DNA of 64,000 nt from Opitutales bacterium (GCA_965197745.1 CBDANS010000007.1:1152001-1216000), one strand, 5' to 3'; positions 31,620-42,397 are shown, numbered from the stretch's first letter. Notes: generated by a model from the sequence alone, not told the origin. A program made the numbers and translations.

Positions 31620-31967
31620 ATGAAAAATTCATTAAAAGGAGCACTTACTTCGGGGTTGATATTTCCAGGTTTGGGACAGATCCTTCTTAAACAGTATTTG
31701 CGGGGTATTTCCATCGCCCTTTTGACTGTTATTGGAATAATAGTTTTTGTCATCAATGCGGTTGAACAAGCCTTTATCATTCTCGAAAAGATTGAAGCCG
31801 GGGGTGGGGCTTACGACATGAATGCGATATTAAATGCCGCCTCAGAAGCGTCTACATCTTCTGCCAGTAATATTATGAATCTCACTTTGTTGTTTATACT
31901 TCTCTGCTGGGTTGGTGGGACTGTTGATGCCTTCATTCAAGGCAGGAAAAAGGACCTGCAAGGTTGA
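31620..31967 (+). CDS. Small membrane protein
   Basis: SGLIFPGLGQ motif, 2-3 TM segments, W...VDAF. Confidence 0.7.
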   Translation: MKNSLKGALTSGLIFPGLGQILLKQYLRGISIALLTVIGIIVFVINAVEQAFIILEKIEAGGGAYDMNAILNAASEASTSSASNIMNLTLLFILLCWVGGTVDAFIQGRKKDLQG

Positions 31968-32016
31968 GGGGTTAATTATAAACTATAAAGGTATGCAATA
32001 AGGAATAGAGATTATT

Positions 32017-32721
32017 ATGAGTGAATCATTCTTTGGCCCGGATAGGGAAATGGGCACACCCGAGTTGCAGTTGCCCGATAATTTAGGAAAAGAGCTACGC
32101 GAATATCTCGAAAATCTGCGGGAACATTACCTGGCGATGGACTGGGCGCGTCGCGTCGGTTTCGGCGAGCGTCCAGCGGTCGTAGTGATTGACCTGGCAC
32201 TGAATTGGACACAGCCCGATACACAGATGGGCAGCAATGTCGACTCGGTAGTAGAGGCCACGTGCCACGTCCTGGAGTCAGCGCGAAGAGCCCAGATTCC
32301 TGTCTTCTTTTCGACCTTAAATTTTGATCCTGATGAATTGCCGGGTCTTCGATCGAAAAAGGTGCAATTGGAACTAAAGCATAAGGACCTTCCCCTCCTT
32401 GCACTGGATCCCCGACTTGAACGGAGACCCAATGAGAAAATCATACATAAATACTATGCGTCGGTATTTAAAGGAACGAATTTTCAAGAGATGCTGACCG
32501 CGCTGGATGTGGATACCTTAATCATAACCGGAGTGAGCACCAGTCATTGTGTGTATGCCACCTGTCGTGACGCCTGCGACAGTTTTCGCGTTATTATCCC
32601 ACGCGAAGCAGTAGGGGAACGCTGTCAAATCATGCATATGGTTAACTTGCTGGATATGGACATAGACCTCGGTGATGTGATGCCGACAGAAGATGTCCTT
32701 TCCTATATTGAAAAGATATAA
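32017..32721 (+). CDS. Isochorismatase-family cysteine hydrolase
   Basis: GFGERPAVVVID, K..ASVFKGT, GVSTSHCVYAT..DA. Confidence 0.9.
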   Translation: MSESFFGPDREMGTPELQLPDNLGKELREYLENLREHYLAMDWARRVGFGERPAVVVIDLALNWTQPDTQMGSNVDSVVEATCHVLESARRAQIPVFFSTLNFDPDELPGLRSKKVQLELKHKDLPLLALDPRLERRPNEKIIHKYYASVFKGTNFQEMLTALDVDTLIITGVSTSHCVYATCRDACDSFRVIIPREAVGERCQIMHMVNLLDMDIDLGDVMPTEDVLSYIEKI

Positions 32722-32743
32722 GCATTTCGCTGAATTATGATTG

Positions 32744-33199
32744 ATGAAGAAGCTTACGCATGAAGAATTTGACGTAATTTCTTTTCATGATAACCGCCTG
32801 TGGGGGATTAAATTTCTTGTTAACGATGAGGCCATGGAAAGCGATATCAAACTCGATATCGATTACATCACAAAATGGATAGGGCAGTGCTCGGAGGGCA
32901 ATTACAGTTGGGAAGTGGCGCCGGCGGATTTAATATTTCATGGAGTTACCGGTCTTAAGTTAGGAATAGACTGGCAGGATGATGAATATCGTAACGCGAT
33001 TTCCGGGCCCTATATCGTGGATTTAGAAAGATCACTGGTAGATAAACAGTGGGTCCATTTTGACCGATCCTATTACACTTGGAAGTTTTCTTTTAATGAC
33101 ATCTCAACCTTGTCTTTTGGAGCGTGGGGGTTTGATCTCATACTGAGAAAACCACCGGTTGAAAGAGACAATCAGTGTCTGCCATTAAACGAAAGGTGA
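32744..33199 (+). CDS. Hypothetical protein
   Basis: Co-directional ORF; SFHDN, LDIDYI, APA.L.F motifs; no function recognised. Confidence 0.65.
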   Translation: MKKLTHEEFDVISFHDNRLWGIKFLVNDEAMESDIKLDIDYITKWIGQCSEGNYSWEVAPADLIFHGVTGLKLGIDWQDDEYRNAISGPYIVDLERSLVDKQWVHFDRSYYTWKFSFNDISTLSFGAWGFDLILRKPPVERDNQCLPLNER

Positions 33200-33311
33200 G
33201 GGGTTTGCAAGGGACAGACGCTACGGGTGGTTGGCGCGAACAGAAAAATCAACCGGAGTAATTCAAGGGATAAGATGAACCCCAGCAATTGGAATTAAGC
33301 ATTTGTTATCG

Positions 33312-34700
33312 ATGATGACAGAATCAAAACCGGAAAACACGATCCTCGTTCTGGATGTTGGAAAGACCAACGTAAAGATTATGGTGATGAGCAAGAATGG
33401 GGCCGTTCTCGATGTCGCTAAGACGGATAATCAGTCCATAGACAGCCCCCCTTATACGCACTTGGATACGGAAGGGATCTGGCAATGGTTATTATCAACA
33501 GTGAATGGTTTAGCCGATAAAGATACGATCCGCGCCATCGTTGCGACAACCCATGGCTGTGCCGCTGCTTTAGTTGATGGGGATGAGCTTGTTCTCCCCG
33601 TCCTTGATTATGAAGAGGATATTCCTGATGAGATATCGGAGGCTTTTGATGCGATCTTGCCTACATTCGCGGAGACCAAGACACCGAATTTACCCGGGGG
33701 GCAGAATCTCAGTCGACAACTTTTCTGGTTTCAGCAGAAGTTTCCACAGGTATTTTCACGAACTAAGTGGATACTGACATACCCGCAATACTGGGCGTGG
33801 CGACTCAGTGGGGTTCCCGCAAGTGAACTCACTTCAATCGGCTGTCACAGTTATTTATATAATCCCCATAAGAGATGCTATTCCACGCTCGTTGATCGAC
33901 AGGGTTGGCGACATCTGTTTCCACCGATCAGACCTGCGTATGATGCGTTGGGTCCCGTCCTCCAGGAAGTGATTCAGAGAACTGGATTATCACCCGAATG
34001 CAAGGTCTACAACGGGATCCATGACAGCAACGCAGCCTACAGCCTTTACCTGAGAGGGCATACGCGGCCATTCAGTCTCGTTTCGACAGGTACCTGGGTT
34101 ATCATTTTCAGCCCGCGATTTCCCCTGGCCAGACTCAATGAACACCGGGACACCCTGGCAAATGTCGATCTCAGAGGCGAACCGCTTCCCACCGGGCGTT
34201 ACATGGGTGGAAGAGAGTTTGAAATTCTGAGCAAAGACGCCGGCAACGAAAGGGACTTTACGGAATCGGATTTACGAAAAGTCATAGCGAAGAAGAGTTT
34301 TCTTTTGCCTTCTTACGCGCCGGGCGGTCCCTTTATGAAGCGCCAGGGATCCACGGTTGGCCCCGAATTAAGTTCAAGGGGTGAAAACCTCGCGCGTGCT
34401 ACCCTTTATATAACGCTCATGACGCTTAGCAGTATGCGCATGCTTGAAGTAGACGGAGACCTGATGATTTCGGGAGGTTTTGTTAACAATTCGTGGTACT
34501 GCCGAATGCTGGCAACACTCGGTGGATGCGAGCGCTGTTACCTCGATCATCAATCAGAGGGTTCAGCGGTGGGTGCCGGCATGTTGGCTTCCTGGAACAA
34601 TAAGGCCATTGAATGGCCGTTAAATTTGACTCTCGTTGAGAAATTCGAAGATCCGGGTCTTACAGATTACGTTGAGAAATGGCAGAATCTATGCGGATAA
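33312..34700 (+). CDS. FGGY-family carbohydrate kinase (rhamnulo-/fuculokinase-like)
   Basis: VLDVGKTNVK, THG, YWAWRLSG, GIHDSNA, STGTW, RYMGGREF. Confidence 0.88.
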   Translation: MMTESKPENTILVLDVGKTNVKIMVMSKNGAVLDVAKTDNQSIDSPPYTHLDTEGIWQWLLSTVNGLADKDTIRAIVATTHGCAAALVDGDELVLPVLDYEEDIPDEISEAFDAILPTFAETKTPNLPGGQNLSRQLFWFQQKFPQVFSRTKWILTYPQYWAWRLSGVPASELTSIGCHSYLYNPHKRCYSTLVDRQGWRHLFPPIRPAYDALGPVLQEVIQRTGLSPECKVYNGIHDSNAAYSLYLRGHTRPFSLVSTGTWVIIFSPRFPLARLNEHRDTLANVDLRGEPLPTGRYMGGREFEILSKDAGNERDFTESDLRKVIAKKSFLLPSYAPGGPFMKRQGSTVGPELSSRGENLARATLYITLMTLSSMRMLEVDGDLMISGGFVNNSWYCRMLATLGGCERCYLDHQSEGSAVGAGMLASWNNKAIEWPLNLTLVEKFEDPGLTDYVEKWQNLCG

Positions 34701-34812
34701 GCGAAAGTGCGTGAATGCGTTATGGGACCTTAATTTTGTTATTAACCCCTTTTAGGGGTCTCATCTTAATGCGTTGAACCTCATAAAAAATATGTCTTTC
34801 CTAACGGCTTGA

Positions 34813-35343
34813 ATGCATTCGATATGCTGTAAGTGGATGAATATCCCAAAAAATACACAAATCATCAGACTCGATCATGGGGATGATCAGGTGTTAAAAC
34901 ATCTTATCCAGTTGTACCAGTATGATTTCAGTGAGATTGACGGTGGCGTGACAAATGAGGATGGCTTGTACTGCTATTTTAATTTTGATCAATTCTGGAA
35001 GCTCGAAGGAGCTGCTGCTTACCTCTTGAAATTTGAAAACCTGTGGGCCGGATTTGTAACGGTAAGAAAAGGCTCTATTCTTCCCTCTTCCCCTAAGGCG
35101 ATGATTATCGATGAATTTTTTATCATGCGAAAATACCGTCGTTCAGGTCTGGGCACCTGTCTGGCACACTCTATATTTGATCAATACCGAGGAAGATGGG
35201 AGGTTTCGGAGACAAAAGATAATATTGATGCACAAAAGTTCTGGCGAAAAGTCATTCGTGATTACACCATCAATAATTATGAAGAAATTCAGTCAGAAAA
35301 TAAGCACTGGACAGGTCCCATACAGCGTTTCATCAATGAATAA
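34813..35343 (+). CDS. GNAT N-acetyltransferase
   Basis: LYQYDFSE, EFFIMRKYRRSGLG, N..AQKFWRKVI. Confidence 0.85.
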   Translation: MHSICCKWMNIPKNTQIIRLDHGDDQVLKHLIQLYQYDFSEIDGGVTNEDGLYCYFNFDQFWKLEGAAAYLLKFENLWAGFVTVRKGSILPSSPKAMIIDEFFIMRKYRRSGLGTCLAHSIFDQYRGRWEVSETKDNIDAQKFWRKVIRDYTINNYEEIQSENKHWTGPIQRFINE

Positions 35344-35371
35344 TTATTTATGAAATCGAACTTCAGGCGTT

Positions 35372-35938
35372 GTGAATAATAAATCGATTTCTCTACTGGC
35401 CCTTTTTATTTTTTGGCTATTTTTCCCGTCTGTCTTCGCCGATTCTGAAGTAAAGCACGACCTTGATTCCGACTTTGGGGCAGTGGCCAGACATGTTCTC
35501 GGTGTAGTGCATGCTGAAGAATATGAAAAAGGTAATTTCAGCAAATGTGTTTCACTCTATACAGAGGATGCAAAATTTTATGGTGAAAATAGAGTCTTTG
35601 CCAGTGGGAAAAGTGAACTTTTGAAATTCTATACTGAATTATTTAATAACGATGGGATTCTGCAGATAAAAATTGGTAAGTTTATTGAAATTCAAAAGTC
35701 GGGAGACATGGGATGGGTGATTTTTAATTACACCAAAAAATATGAGCTTAAGGAAAAGGATGCATCATTAATAAAACAATACCAACTAGAGGGAGAAAAA
35801 TATATATTCGTGAGTAAACTGGGTACCGCCATATTCCAATTTAAAGATGAGGAATGGAAAATTGAGCGAATGATCATCTATGGTCCGGAGCGCTGGAGCA
35901 CTGAGCAGAGGGTAATTAAGATGGTGGAATTTCAATAA
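35372..35938 (+). CDS. Secreted NTF2/SnoaL-like protein
   Basis: Signal peptide VFA; LYTEDA, GDMGW, TAIF....EWKI. Confidence 0.65.
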   Translation: MNNKSISLLALFIFWLFFPSVFADSEVKHDLDSDFGAVARHVLGVVHAEEYEKGNFSKCVSLYTEDAKFYGENRVFASGKSELLKFYTELFNNDGILQIKIGKFIEIQKSGDMGWVIFNYTKKYELKEKDASLIKQYQLEGEKYIFVSKLGTAIFQFKDEEWKIERMIIYGPERWSTEQRVIKMVEFQ

Positions 35939-36009
35939 AGATTCCAATTATAGACTGTATATCAGAATTAGTAATTTGCGTGATAAATCTGAGGAAGGAG
36001 AGTATCGAG

Positions 36010-36492
36010 ATGCAATTAGAAATGAATCGAAAAAAAATACTGGATTTCATTGAACATACGATTGTTGTGATTGGCGATTTGCTTCTATACGTGCTATTTT
36101 TTCTTATCGCCTTTAAAGTTCTATGGGGAGTTGTCGCGCTGGGTCTATGGAACCATGTTGGCAGCGAAGTCGTCGGTTATTTTTTGTCCTGGCCTTTGTG
36201 GGCGAGGATGCTTATTGGATTTCCTGTATTGGTAATCATTTTCTCGCCCGTCTTCCTCATTGGTTACTGGTTATTCGATGAACCCAGGGGATTGAATAAA
36301 ATTATTGAATTGCCAAAAAAAGTATCCTGTCAGGGTTTTCTCGAGATCATTCGCAAGAGTTGCTACTGCCTTGCAGTATTTTCCATTCTCAGGATGACCT
36401 GGTCTGGGTATGAGTGTCTCGGTTCCGATTTTTCGGGTTGGGTAGACTTATTAAAAAGGGTGTTTTTTGTCTTTATCGGGTGGTCCCTGTGA
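36010..36492 (+). CDS. Hypothetical membrane protein
   Basis: About 3-4 hydrophobic segments; AGGAG upstream. Confidence 0.55.
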   Translation: MQLEMNRKKILDFIEHTIVVIGDLLLYVLFFLIAFKVLWGVVALGLWNHVGSEVVGYFLSWPLWARMLIGFPVLVIIFSPVFLIGYWLFDEPRGLNKIIELPKKVSCQGFLEIIRKSCYCLAVFSILRMTWSGYECLGSDFSGWVDLLKRVFFVFIGWSL

Positions 36493-36555
36493 GGTTAATT
36501 CATTTAGCATATCAATGGGTATTACCCAGACAGTTAATTTTAATCATTAAAAAAA

Positions 36556-36966
36556 ATGAGTTCAGCAGAAAAAAATAATGCCGTATACGGTGAGACGAAT
36601 CCCAGCCTTGAGGAAATTGAAGCGATGGTGGTCAAACGGTTTGGATCAGTGATTGGCTTAAATAAAGAACAGGAAAGCTACTATCGGCAATTGCATGCCG
36701 ACGTATGGGAGGGAGTGATCAAACGGATTAAAGCGTCAAATATCAGAAATTACTCAATCTATATAACAAAGATAGAGGGAAAGCATTATTTGTTTAGTCA
36801 TTTTGAATACACGGGCACAGACTATGAAGCAGACATGAAAGCAATGGCCGAAGACGAATCGACCAGGCGGTGGTGGAAGGAGACTGATCCCTGTCAATTT
36901 CAGCTTCCCAGCAGAAAAGAGGGCGATCAATGGAGCCAGATGGAAATGGTTTTCTGGATGGAATGA
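36556..36966 (+). CDS. L-rhamnose mutarotase family protein
   Basis: Y..LHADVW, NIRNYSIY, LFSHFEY, TRRWW..TDPCQ, MEMVF. Confidence 0.9.
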   Translation: MSSAEKNNAVYGETNPSLEEIEAMVVKRFGSVIGLNKEQESYYRQLHADVWEGVIKRIKASNIRNYSIYITKIEGKHYLFSHFEYTGTDYEADMKAMAEDESTRRWWKETDPCQFQLPSRKEGDQWSQMEMVFWME

Positions 36967-37139
36967 ATCCGTGGCGAGGCTAATATGCGTGTGTAAGATA
37001 AAGGAATGAGATCCTCTTTTAACATTATACGATTTTAATTCTTTGTATAAGAGGTTGCAGGAATAGGGATAAATAATAGAGTAAGCATCGTAATAAATTC
37101 GAATATCTAATGAGTGAACAGTATTAAGGAGAGTAAATT

Positions 37140-37421
37140 ATGGCAAAAGCAAGTGCGCGTCACATCCTCGTGGCCGATGAGGAATCCTGTAAAAATCTTA
37201 AAAATAAAATCGAAGCGGGAACAGACTTCGCGACCGTAGCTAATGAACACTCCCAATGCCCATCAGGTAAACAGGGTGGAGATTTGGGTGAGTTCAGCCC
37301 CGGACAGATGGTAAAGGAGTTCGATGAAGTCGTCTTCAGCGCGGAAACAGGCAAGGTTCACGGTCCTGTAAAAACGCAATTTGGCTATCACCTTATCGAG
37401 ATTACGAGTCGAACCGATTAA
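37140..37421 (+). CDS. ppiC: Parvulin peptidyl-prolyl cis-trans isomerase
   Basis: ARHILV, HSQCPSGKQGGDLGEF..GQMV.EFD, GPVKTQFGYHLI; 93 aa; AAGGAG RBS. Confidence 0.95.
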   Translation: MAKASARHILVADEESCKNLKNKIEAGTDFATVANEHSQCPSGKQGGDLGEFSPGQMVKEFDEVVFSAETGKVHGPVKTQFGYHLIEITSRTD

Positions 37422-37522
37422 AGGCGGTGGGAATTCGTGACCCGTGATCAGTGATGGGTTATTCGGATGGGGGCGTAAGTTTCTATCGCCATATCCACAA
37501 TACAATTGTATCCTTTTTCTGC

Positions 37523-38023
37523 ATGTTGAAGAAAGACAAACCTTGGTACGCGGAGGGATTAAGATTTCAGTGTTCACTGTGCGGAAATTGCTGTAGTGGA
37601 CCGGACGGAGAAATACCCTTGCAGGAACAGGATAGCCGCCGATTGGCGAAGTATCTGGGGCTGTCATTGCGTGCTTTTAAAGTGTCCTATACGATAATAT
37701 CCGAATCGACGAATAATCGGGTCCTTAAAATGAACCCGACACCAGGGGATAAGGAGGGGTTAGATTGTATTTTTCTCGATCGTGAACAGATACCAGGTAA
37801 AGCCGTGTGTAAAGCGCACGCCGCTAAACCAAAGCAATGTCAAGCCTGGCCATTCTGGCCTTCATCCTTAGAGAGTCTTGAATCCTGGAAGGAGGCGAGT
37901 AAGCACTGTCCGGGCATTGGGCAAGGAGATGGAATGTTAACCCGAAAAGAAATTGAGAAAAAACGGCGTCTGATAAAAGGACCCGAGAAAAAATTCGGCC
38001 CCTTCGAACGTGGCTGGGAGTGA
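37523..38023 (+). CDS. YkgJ-family CxxCxxCC cysteine-cluster protein
   Basis: PWY..GLRFQCSLCGNCC, DCIFL, C.......P.QC.AWPFW, CPGI. Confidence 0.85.
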   Translation: MLKKDKPWYAEGLRFQCSLCGNCCSGPDGEIPLQEQDSRRLAKYLGLSLRAFKVSYTIISESTNNRVLKMNPTPGDKEGLDCIFLDREQIPGKAVCKAHAAKPKQCQAWPFWPSSLESLESWKEASKHCPGIGQGDGMLTRKEIEKKRRLIKGPEKKFGPFERGWE

Positions 38024-38121
38024 ACTTAAAGTAAAACATCTCGAACTACCGTCTGTAAGGATGGAACGCGTCCTGCGATGAGCTATGTCGAATCGTGTCC
38101 CTGGCGCGTTATTATCAAGCG

Positions 38122-38937
38122 TCACCAGGCTGTCCATCCGCCATCGATGGTAAGATTCTGACCGGTCATGTAACTGCTGGCTTCACTGGCGAGAAAAACA
38201 ACAGCGCCTTTGAGTTCAGATGGTTTTCCCATGCGTCCCATGGGTGATTTTGGTTCGAGATTTGATATCAGTGCTTTTCCCGCAGATTCCGATGGAAACG
38301 GGCCGGGTGAAAGACAATTGACACGGATATTATCCTTAGCCCAGTAGACAGCCAAGTGCCGAGTCAGATGTATAATGCCCCCTTTCAGCGCGTGATAGGC
38401 GACAGCAGAGGCAGGACAAACACCAGCATAAGTGTCGGGGTAGGAACCTACCTGTCCATACATTGAGCCCAACATAATGATACTTGCCGGAGCTTTTCTT
38501 TTTATGACATGCTCACGAAGCAACCGGGCTAAAAGAAAATAGCCGGTCGCGTTTCCTAACTGGCGCGTGAATTGTTCACCGCTGACATTTGTCCAATCAT
38601 TTCTTTCAAATTCGTGGCCATTATTTACGAGAACATCGACGTGGCCCATGCGGTCAACTATCTTCTGAAAAGCTGTTTCGATAGCAGTTTCCGTATCCAT
38701 CTGGTCTAAGACCATGCCACAATGCCCGCAATCATTGGGATCAGGCAAGTCACCCGCGGCCGATTCTGCGCGTTTTTCATCGCGGGAGGTAACAATAACC
38801 TGGCTGCCTGCTTCGGCTAATGCGTGGGCCATGGCGCGGCCGAGGTATCCACTGGCTCCGGTGATTAATGAAGTTTTTCCCTTGAGGTCGAAGAGCTGAT
38901 GGATGGTTGGATCACTATCTGTTTTTTTGTCAGTCAT
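38122..38937 (-). CDS. SDR family oxidoreductase
   Basis: ITGASGYLG, YHALKGG (YxxxK), IRVNCLSPG, YMTGQNL.IDGG. Confidence 0.92.
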   Translation of the reverse strand: MTDKKTDSDPTIHQLFDLKGKTSLITGASGYLGRAMAHALAEAGSQVIVTSRDEKRAESAAGDLPDPNDCGHCGMVLDQMDTETAIETAFQKIVDRMGHVDVLVNNGHEFERNDWTNVSGEQFTRQLGNATGYFLLARLLREHVIKRKAPASIIMLGSMYGQVGSYPDTYAGVCPASAVAYHALKGGIIHLTRHLAVYWAKDNIRVNCLSPGPFPSESAGKALISNLEPKSPMGRMGKPSELKGAVVFLASEASSYMTGQNLTIDGGWTAW

Positions 38938-39935
38938 AAGGTTTGCCAGCTGGATGGATTACGGGTTGCAGCAAGAATGGCAAGATTGCATTCAAGGGTG
39001 TGGCGCGCTTCGGATAATTTACAGTGCATCTCCCCTTTGCCGTCGATAACGTCAAAAAATGTATTCGCCTGAGATATGAATCCATGATCGCGCTCAAAAT
39101 CCGGCCAGGATTCTTCCTGCCACTCGGTTTCAGGTTCCATCATCCAACGCATGCGATTATGATGAAATTCGGATCGCAAGGTGCCGCGTTCACAAACCAC
39201 GGTGATCGTTCCTTCATTTGGAGCTTGATGTTGATTTAAGCTGAAAGAGGCGAGGACGTCCCCGTGACGGGTCAAGACGTTCACGGTGTCTTCGACATCG
39301 ACACCATCGAGAACCTGATGCGCGCAGTCGGCAACAAGGCGGTCGACTGGTCCGGCGAGCCAACTAACGGCATTTATGAGATGAGTCAGCCCATCCTGAA
39401 TCGCGCCTCCACCCGTGGTATGGCTGGTGTAATATATTTCCCGGTAAGCTGGCCGGTAGGTGGGAAAATGTTGGCCTGAGGTAACCGTTATATGCAAGGG
39501 TCGCCCAAAGCGTCCACTGTCGATGGCTTTCTTCATGGCGGCCAGCACCGGGTATAAGCGAAAGACGTAAGCGACTCCAACAACGAGCTTTCGCTCACGG
39601 GTCGTTTTATCAAGATGATCAATTCCTTCACAACTGACCGACAATGGCTTTTCAATCAGTAAATGAAGATTAGACTCCGCCGCTTGTTGAGCCATGGGGA
39701 CATGCAAATGCGCGGGTGTAGCGATTACAGCTGCGTCGTGTCCCTCACCAATAGCCGAAGTAAAATCGGAATAGCTTTTGTTAATTTTATATTTATCAGC
39801 TACTTTTTGACGAAGAGTATCATTGATATCACATATTGACACTTCAGCGCGTTTTGTCGCCAGGATGCAACGTGTATGACGTTCACCGATCGAGCCCGCT
39901 CCTACTACAAGAACCCGTTTCATTGTGACTGGCAT
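38934..39935 (-). CDS. Gfo/Idh/MocA family oxidoreductase
   Basis: VGAGSIGERH, ATP..LH, EKP, GGG..D..TH; overlaps the SDR start. Confidence 0.9.
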   Translation of the reverse strand: MPVTMKRVLVVGAGSIGERHTRCILATKRAEVSICDINDTLRQKVADKYKINKSYSDFTSAIGEGHDAAVIATPAHLHVPMAQQAAESNLHLLIEKPLSVSCEGIDHLDKTTRERKLVVGVAYVFRLYPVLAAMKKAIDSGRFGRPLHITVTSGQHFPTYRPAYREIYYTSHTTGGGAIQDGLTHLINAVSWLAGPVDRLVADCAHQVLDGVDVEDTVNVLTRHGDVLASFSLNQHQAPNEGTITVVCERGTLRSEFHHNRMRWMMEPETEWQEESWPDFERDHGFISQANTFFDVIDGKGEMHCKLSEARHTLECNLAILAATRNPSSWQTL

Positions 39936-40161
39936 CGTTTAGTTAATGAAAAGATAATAAGAATTTATCAACACATAAACCAGAGAAATAAGAATGGATG
40001 AAAGCTTTAAATTGATATGAGCAAAATAGTATTAAAATTTCTGATAGAAAAAACAGAACGAAATTCAGGGTTCAAAGGGTAATCTTGACAGTCCAGAGTA
40101 GCCATTAATAAATAGAACAGCATAAACAAAAAAAATTAATCCAGATTTAAATAAATTAATT

Positions 40162-40686
40162 ATGAAAATATATAAATATGTCATTATGAGTTTGGTCGTA
40201 ATTTCGGTTTTGGGATTAAGTTTATCAGCCCAGGAAGAGAATCCGTATGTGGGTTCAAAGGCATTCGAGCGTTTAAAGGATCTTGTTGGTTCATGGGAAG
40301 GTGTGATGGATATGGGGGAGGGCCCCATGAAAATTACGGCCTATTACAAAATCACATCCGGTGGCAGTGTAATTGTGGAGACCGTATTTAAAGGAGGGCC
40401 CCAAGAGATGGTTTCAGTTTATCATGACAATAACAAAGGTAAACTGAACATGATACATTACTGCATGTTGCACAATCAGCCTAAAATGGTATTGAAAAAT
40501 GCAAAGAAGAACGTGCTGAAATTCGATCTTTCCAAAGATTCAGATATAGATGTAGCTAATGAGACACACATGCATTCACTGACAATCAGGATCGATGGAA
40601 AAGACAAGATGACTCAATCCTGGACGAATTACGAAGAAGGCAAAGAGCATCAAAAAGTAGAAATTGCCTATACGCGTGTCCAGTGA
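40162..40686 (+). CDS. Conserved-looking secreted protein
   Basis: Signal peptide LSA; FERLK.LVG.WEG, EMVSVYH, HYC..HNQP.M, HMH. Confidence 0.7.
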   Translation: MKIYKYVIMSLVVISVLGLSLSAQEENPYVGSKAFERLKDLVGSWEGVMDMGEGPMKITAYYKITSGGSVIVETVFKGGPQEMVSVYHDNNKGKLNMIHYCMLHNQPKMVLKNAKKNVLKFDLSKDSDIDVANETHMHSLTIRIDGKDKMTQSWTNYEEGKEHQKVEIAYTRVQ

Positions 40687-40809
40687 TTGTTAGCCAAAAG
40701 GGGTTATGTGCATTAGCGATTATGCGTGCATGCGATAAGGGAGAGGCTGGTAGAACATTGACCAGTGAAAAGAAATCAGCCGCTGTCGATCCAAGGTTGC
40801 TGGACACGG

Positions 40810-41030
40810 CATGAAGATACCGTAACCGCAGTAATCATGTGTGGGGGAGACACTGACACCTTAGGCGCGATGATGGGCGCGGTAACCGGGGCAGGGGGGA
40901 ATTCCCAAAAAGTGGCTACAAGAGATAATTGATTATCCTCACGGAATTTCTTTTATCACTGAGCCAGGTAAAAGTCTGTCTGAAAATCGTCACCAAACAA
41001 TAAAATTCTCACCCTTTTTCCTCCCTATTA
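40810..41030 (+). pseudogene. C-terminal remnant of an ADP-ribosylglycohydrolase gene
   Basis: Translates to EDTVTAVIMCGGDTDTLGAMMGAVTGA, then after a frameshift in a G run to GIPKKWLQEIIDYP; no N-terminal part. Confidence 0.7.
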
Positions 41031-41043
41031 ATAGGATATAATA

Positions 41044-41760
41044 ATGTTTAAAGAATACACGACAGTTCGTGTCGTTAAACTTATCCATACAGACCGCTGG
41101 ATCGATGCTGGAAAACCTTCAATTGGTGACCAAGGCACGATTGTAGATATTGATACTGTAAATGATGATGTCTGGTACACGGTAGAATCATTTTCCCCTG
41201 ACGGTAAAACCCCATGGCTTGCGGAATTTACTGAAGATGAGCTGGAACTTGGTAGCGAAGTCGAAATTGGCAGCGATCTCGTGCTCGAGCCAGTTAGTAA
41301 TGACAACCCAGTAGGAAACTCTGAGGAAAAGCAAAGAGAGGAAACTGAGGTACTTGGCGTTAAGAAAGTTAAGATATCGTCAGAACAAAAATTGGCTCAA
41401 ACAGAATCAAGGCGCGGAAATAAAGACAATCTCAACAAAAATAAAAAAGGAGAGATTTATTCAATAATCCTATCTGGATTTCTTGGGGGTTTAATCTCCA
41501 CCCTGGTCGGATCGATCTTTTTCCCTGATCATAGCGCCCTTATCCCTGCAATTGTAGGCTGTCTAACGGGTACAGCTGGTGGATATCTAGCAGGAAATAT
41601 TGGAGAAGCAATTGCATTTATATTTATATTCTCCTTTGTGACTGTTTGTTTTTTTAGTGTTGTATCCAACGCAATAGGGCGTGAAATTTTTTTATCTTTT
41701 GTCATTGGCTTATCCGTCGGTAATTTGTGTTCAGGTATTTATAATGAATATAGTAGATAA
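41044..41760 (+). CDS. Hypothetical protein: small beta N-terminal domain (DUF4926-like) plus 4-TM C-terminus
   Basis: EY..VRV...GDQGTIVD...YTVE; charged linker; Gly-rich TM segments. Confidence 0.55.
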   Translation: MFKEYTTVRVVKLIHTDRWIDAGKPSIGDQGTIVDIDTVNDDVWYTVESFSPDGKTPWLAEFTEDELELGSEVEIGSDLVLEPVSNDNPVGNSEEKQREETEVLGVKKVKISSEQKLAQTESRRGNKDNLNKNKKGEIYSIILSGFLGGLISTLVGSIFFPDHSALIPAIVGCLTGTAGGYLAGNIGEAIAFIFIFSFVTVCFFSVVSNAIGREIFLSFVIGLSVGNLCSGIYNEYSR

Positions 41761-41806
41761 TCATTCAATTCAGTTGATCAAATAATGAAAGCGGGCGTTT
41801 AATTTT

Positions 41807-42397
41807 ATGAAAAGAATCTGTGTCTTTTGTGGCTCCAGTCCAGGCCTTCTTTCTGAATATGCGGAGACTGCGGTTTTATTGGGCTGGGAACTGGCGAGTC
41901 GCAATATCGAGCTGGTCTTCGGCGGATCCGATGTGGGATTAATGAAGCAGGTCGCTGATGCTACTTTAGAAAAAGGGGGGAAGGTAATCGGTGTGATTCC
42001 TGAATCTTTTGCGAAAAAGGTGGCACACAAAAACCTATCCCAACTCCACGTCGTCAATTCAATGCACGAGCGAAAGAAAATGATGTACGATCTTTCGGAT
42101 GGGTTTATCGTTCTTCCCGGTGCCTTTGGCACACTTGAGGAAATTCTGGAAATCATGGCGTGGACTCAATTGGGATTGAATACTAAGCCATTCGGATTTT
42201 TAAATGTTTGTGGGTACTATAATAAATTTTTTGAATTTGCAGATCACGCAGTTTCACAGCAATTTCTCAAGCAAGAGTACTTGGACATAATTCTCATAGA
42301 AACAACAATCGAAATATTATTGAAAAAATTCGATGAGTTTAATGTTCCGGTTGTCAATAAATGGATAGAGAGGAAAGAGGGTATAACAGGCAGATAA
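41807..42397 (+). CDS. LOG family nucleotide phosphoribohydrolase (TIGR00730-like)
   Basis: ICVFCGSS, LVFGG..VGLM, MHERK..M, PGAFGTLEE. Confidence 0.92.
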   Translation: MKRICVFCGSSPGLLSEYAETAVLLGWELASRNIELVFGGSDVGLMKQVADATLEKGGKVIGVIPESFAKKVAHKNLSQLHVVNSMHERKKMMYDLSDGFIVLPGAFGTLEEILEIMAWTQLGLNTKPFGFLNVCGYYNKFFEFADHAVSQQFLKQEYLDIILIETTIEILLKKFDEFNVPVVNKWIERKEGITGR

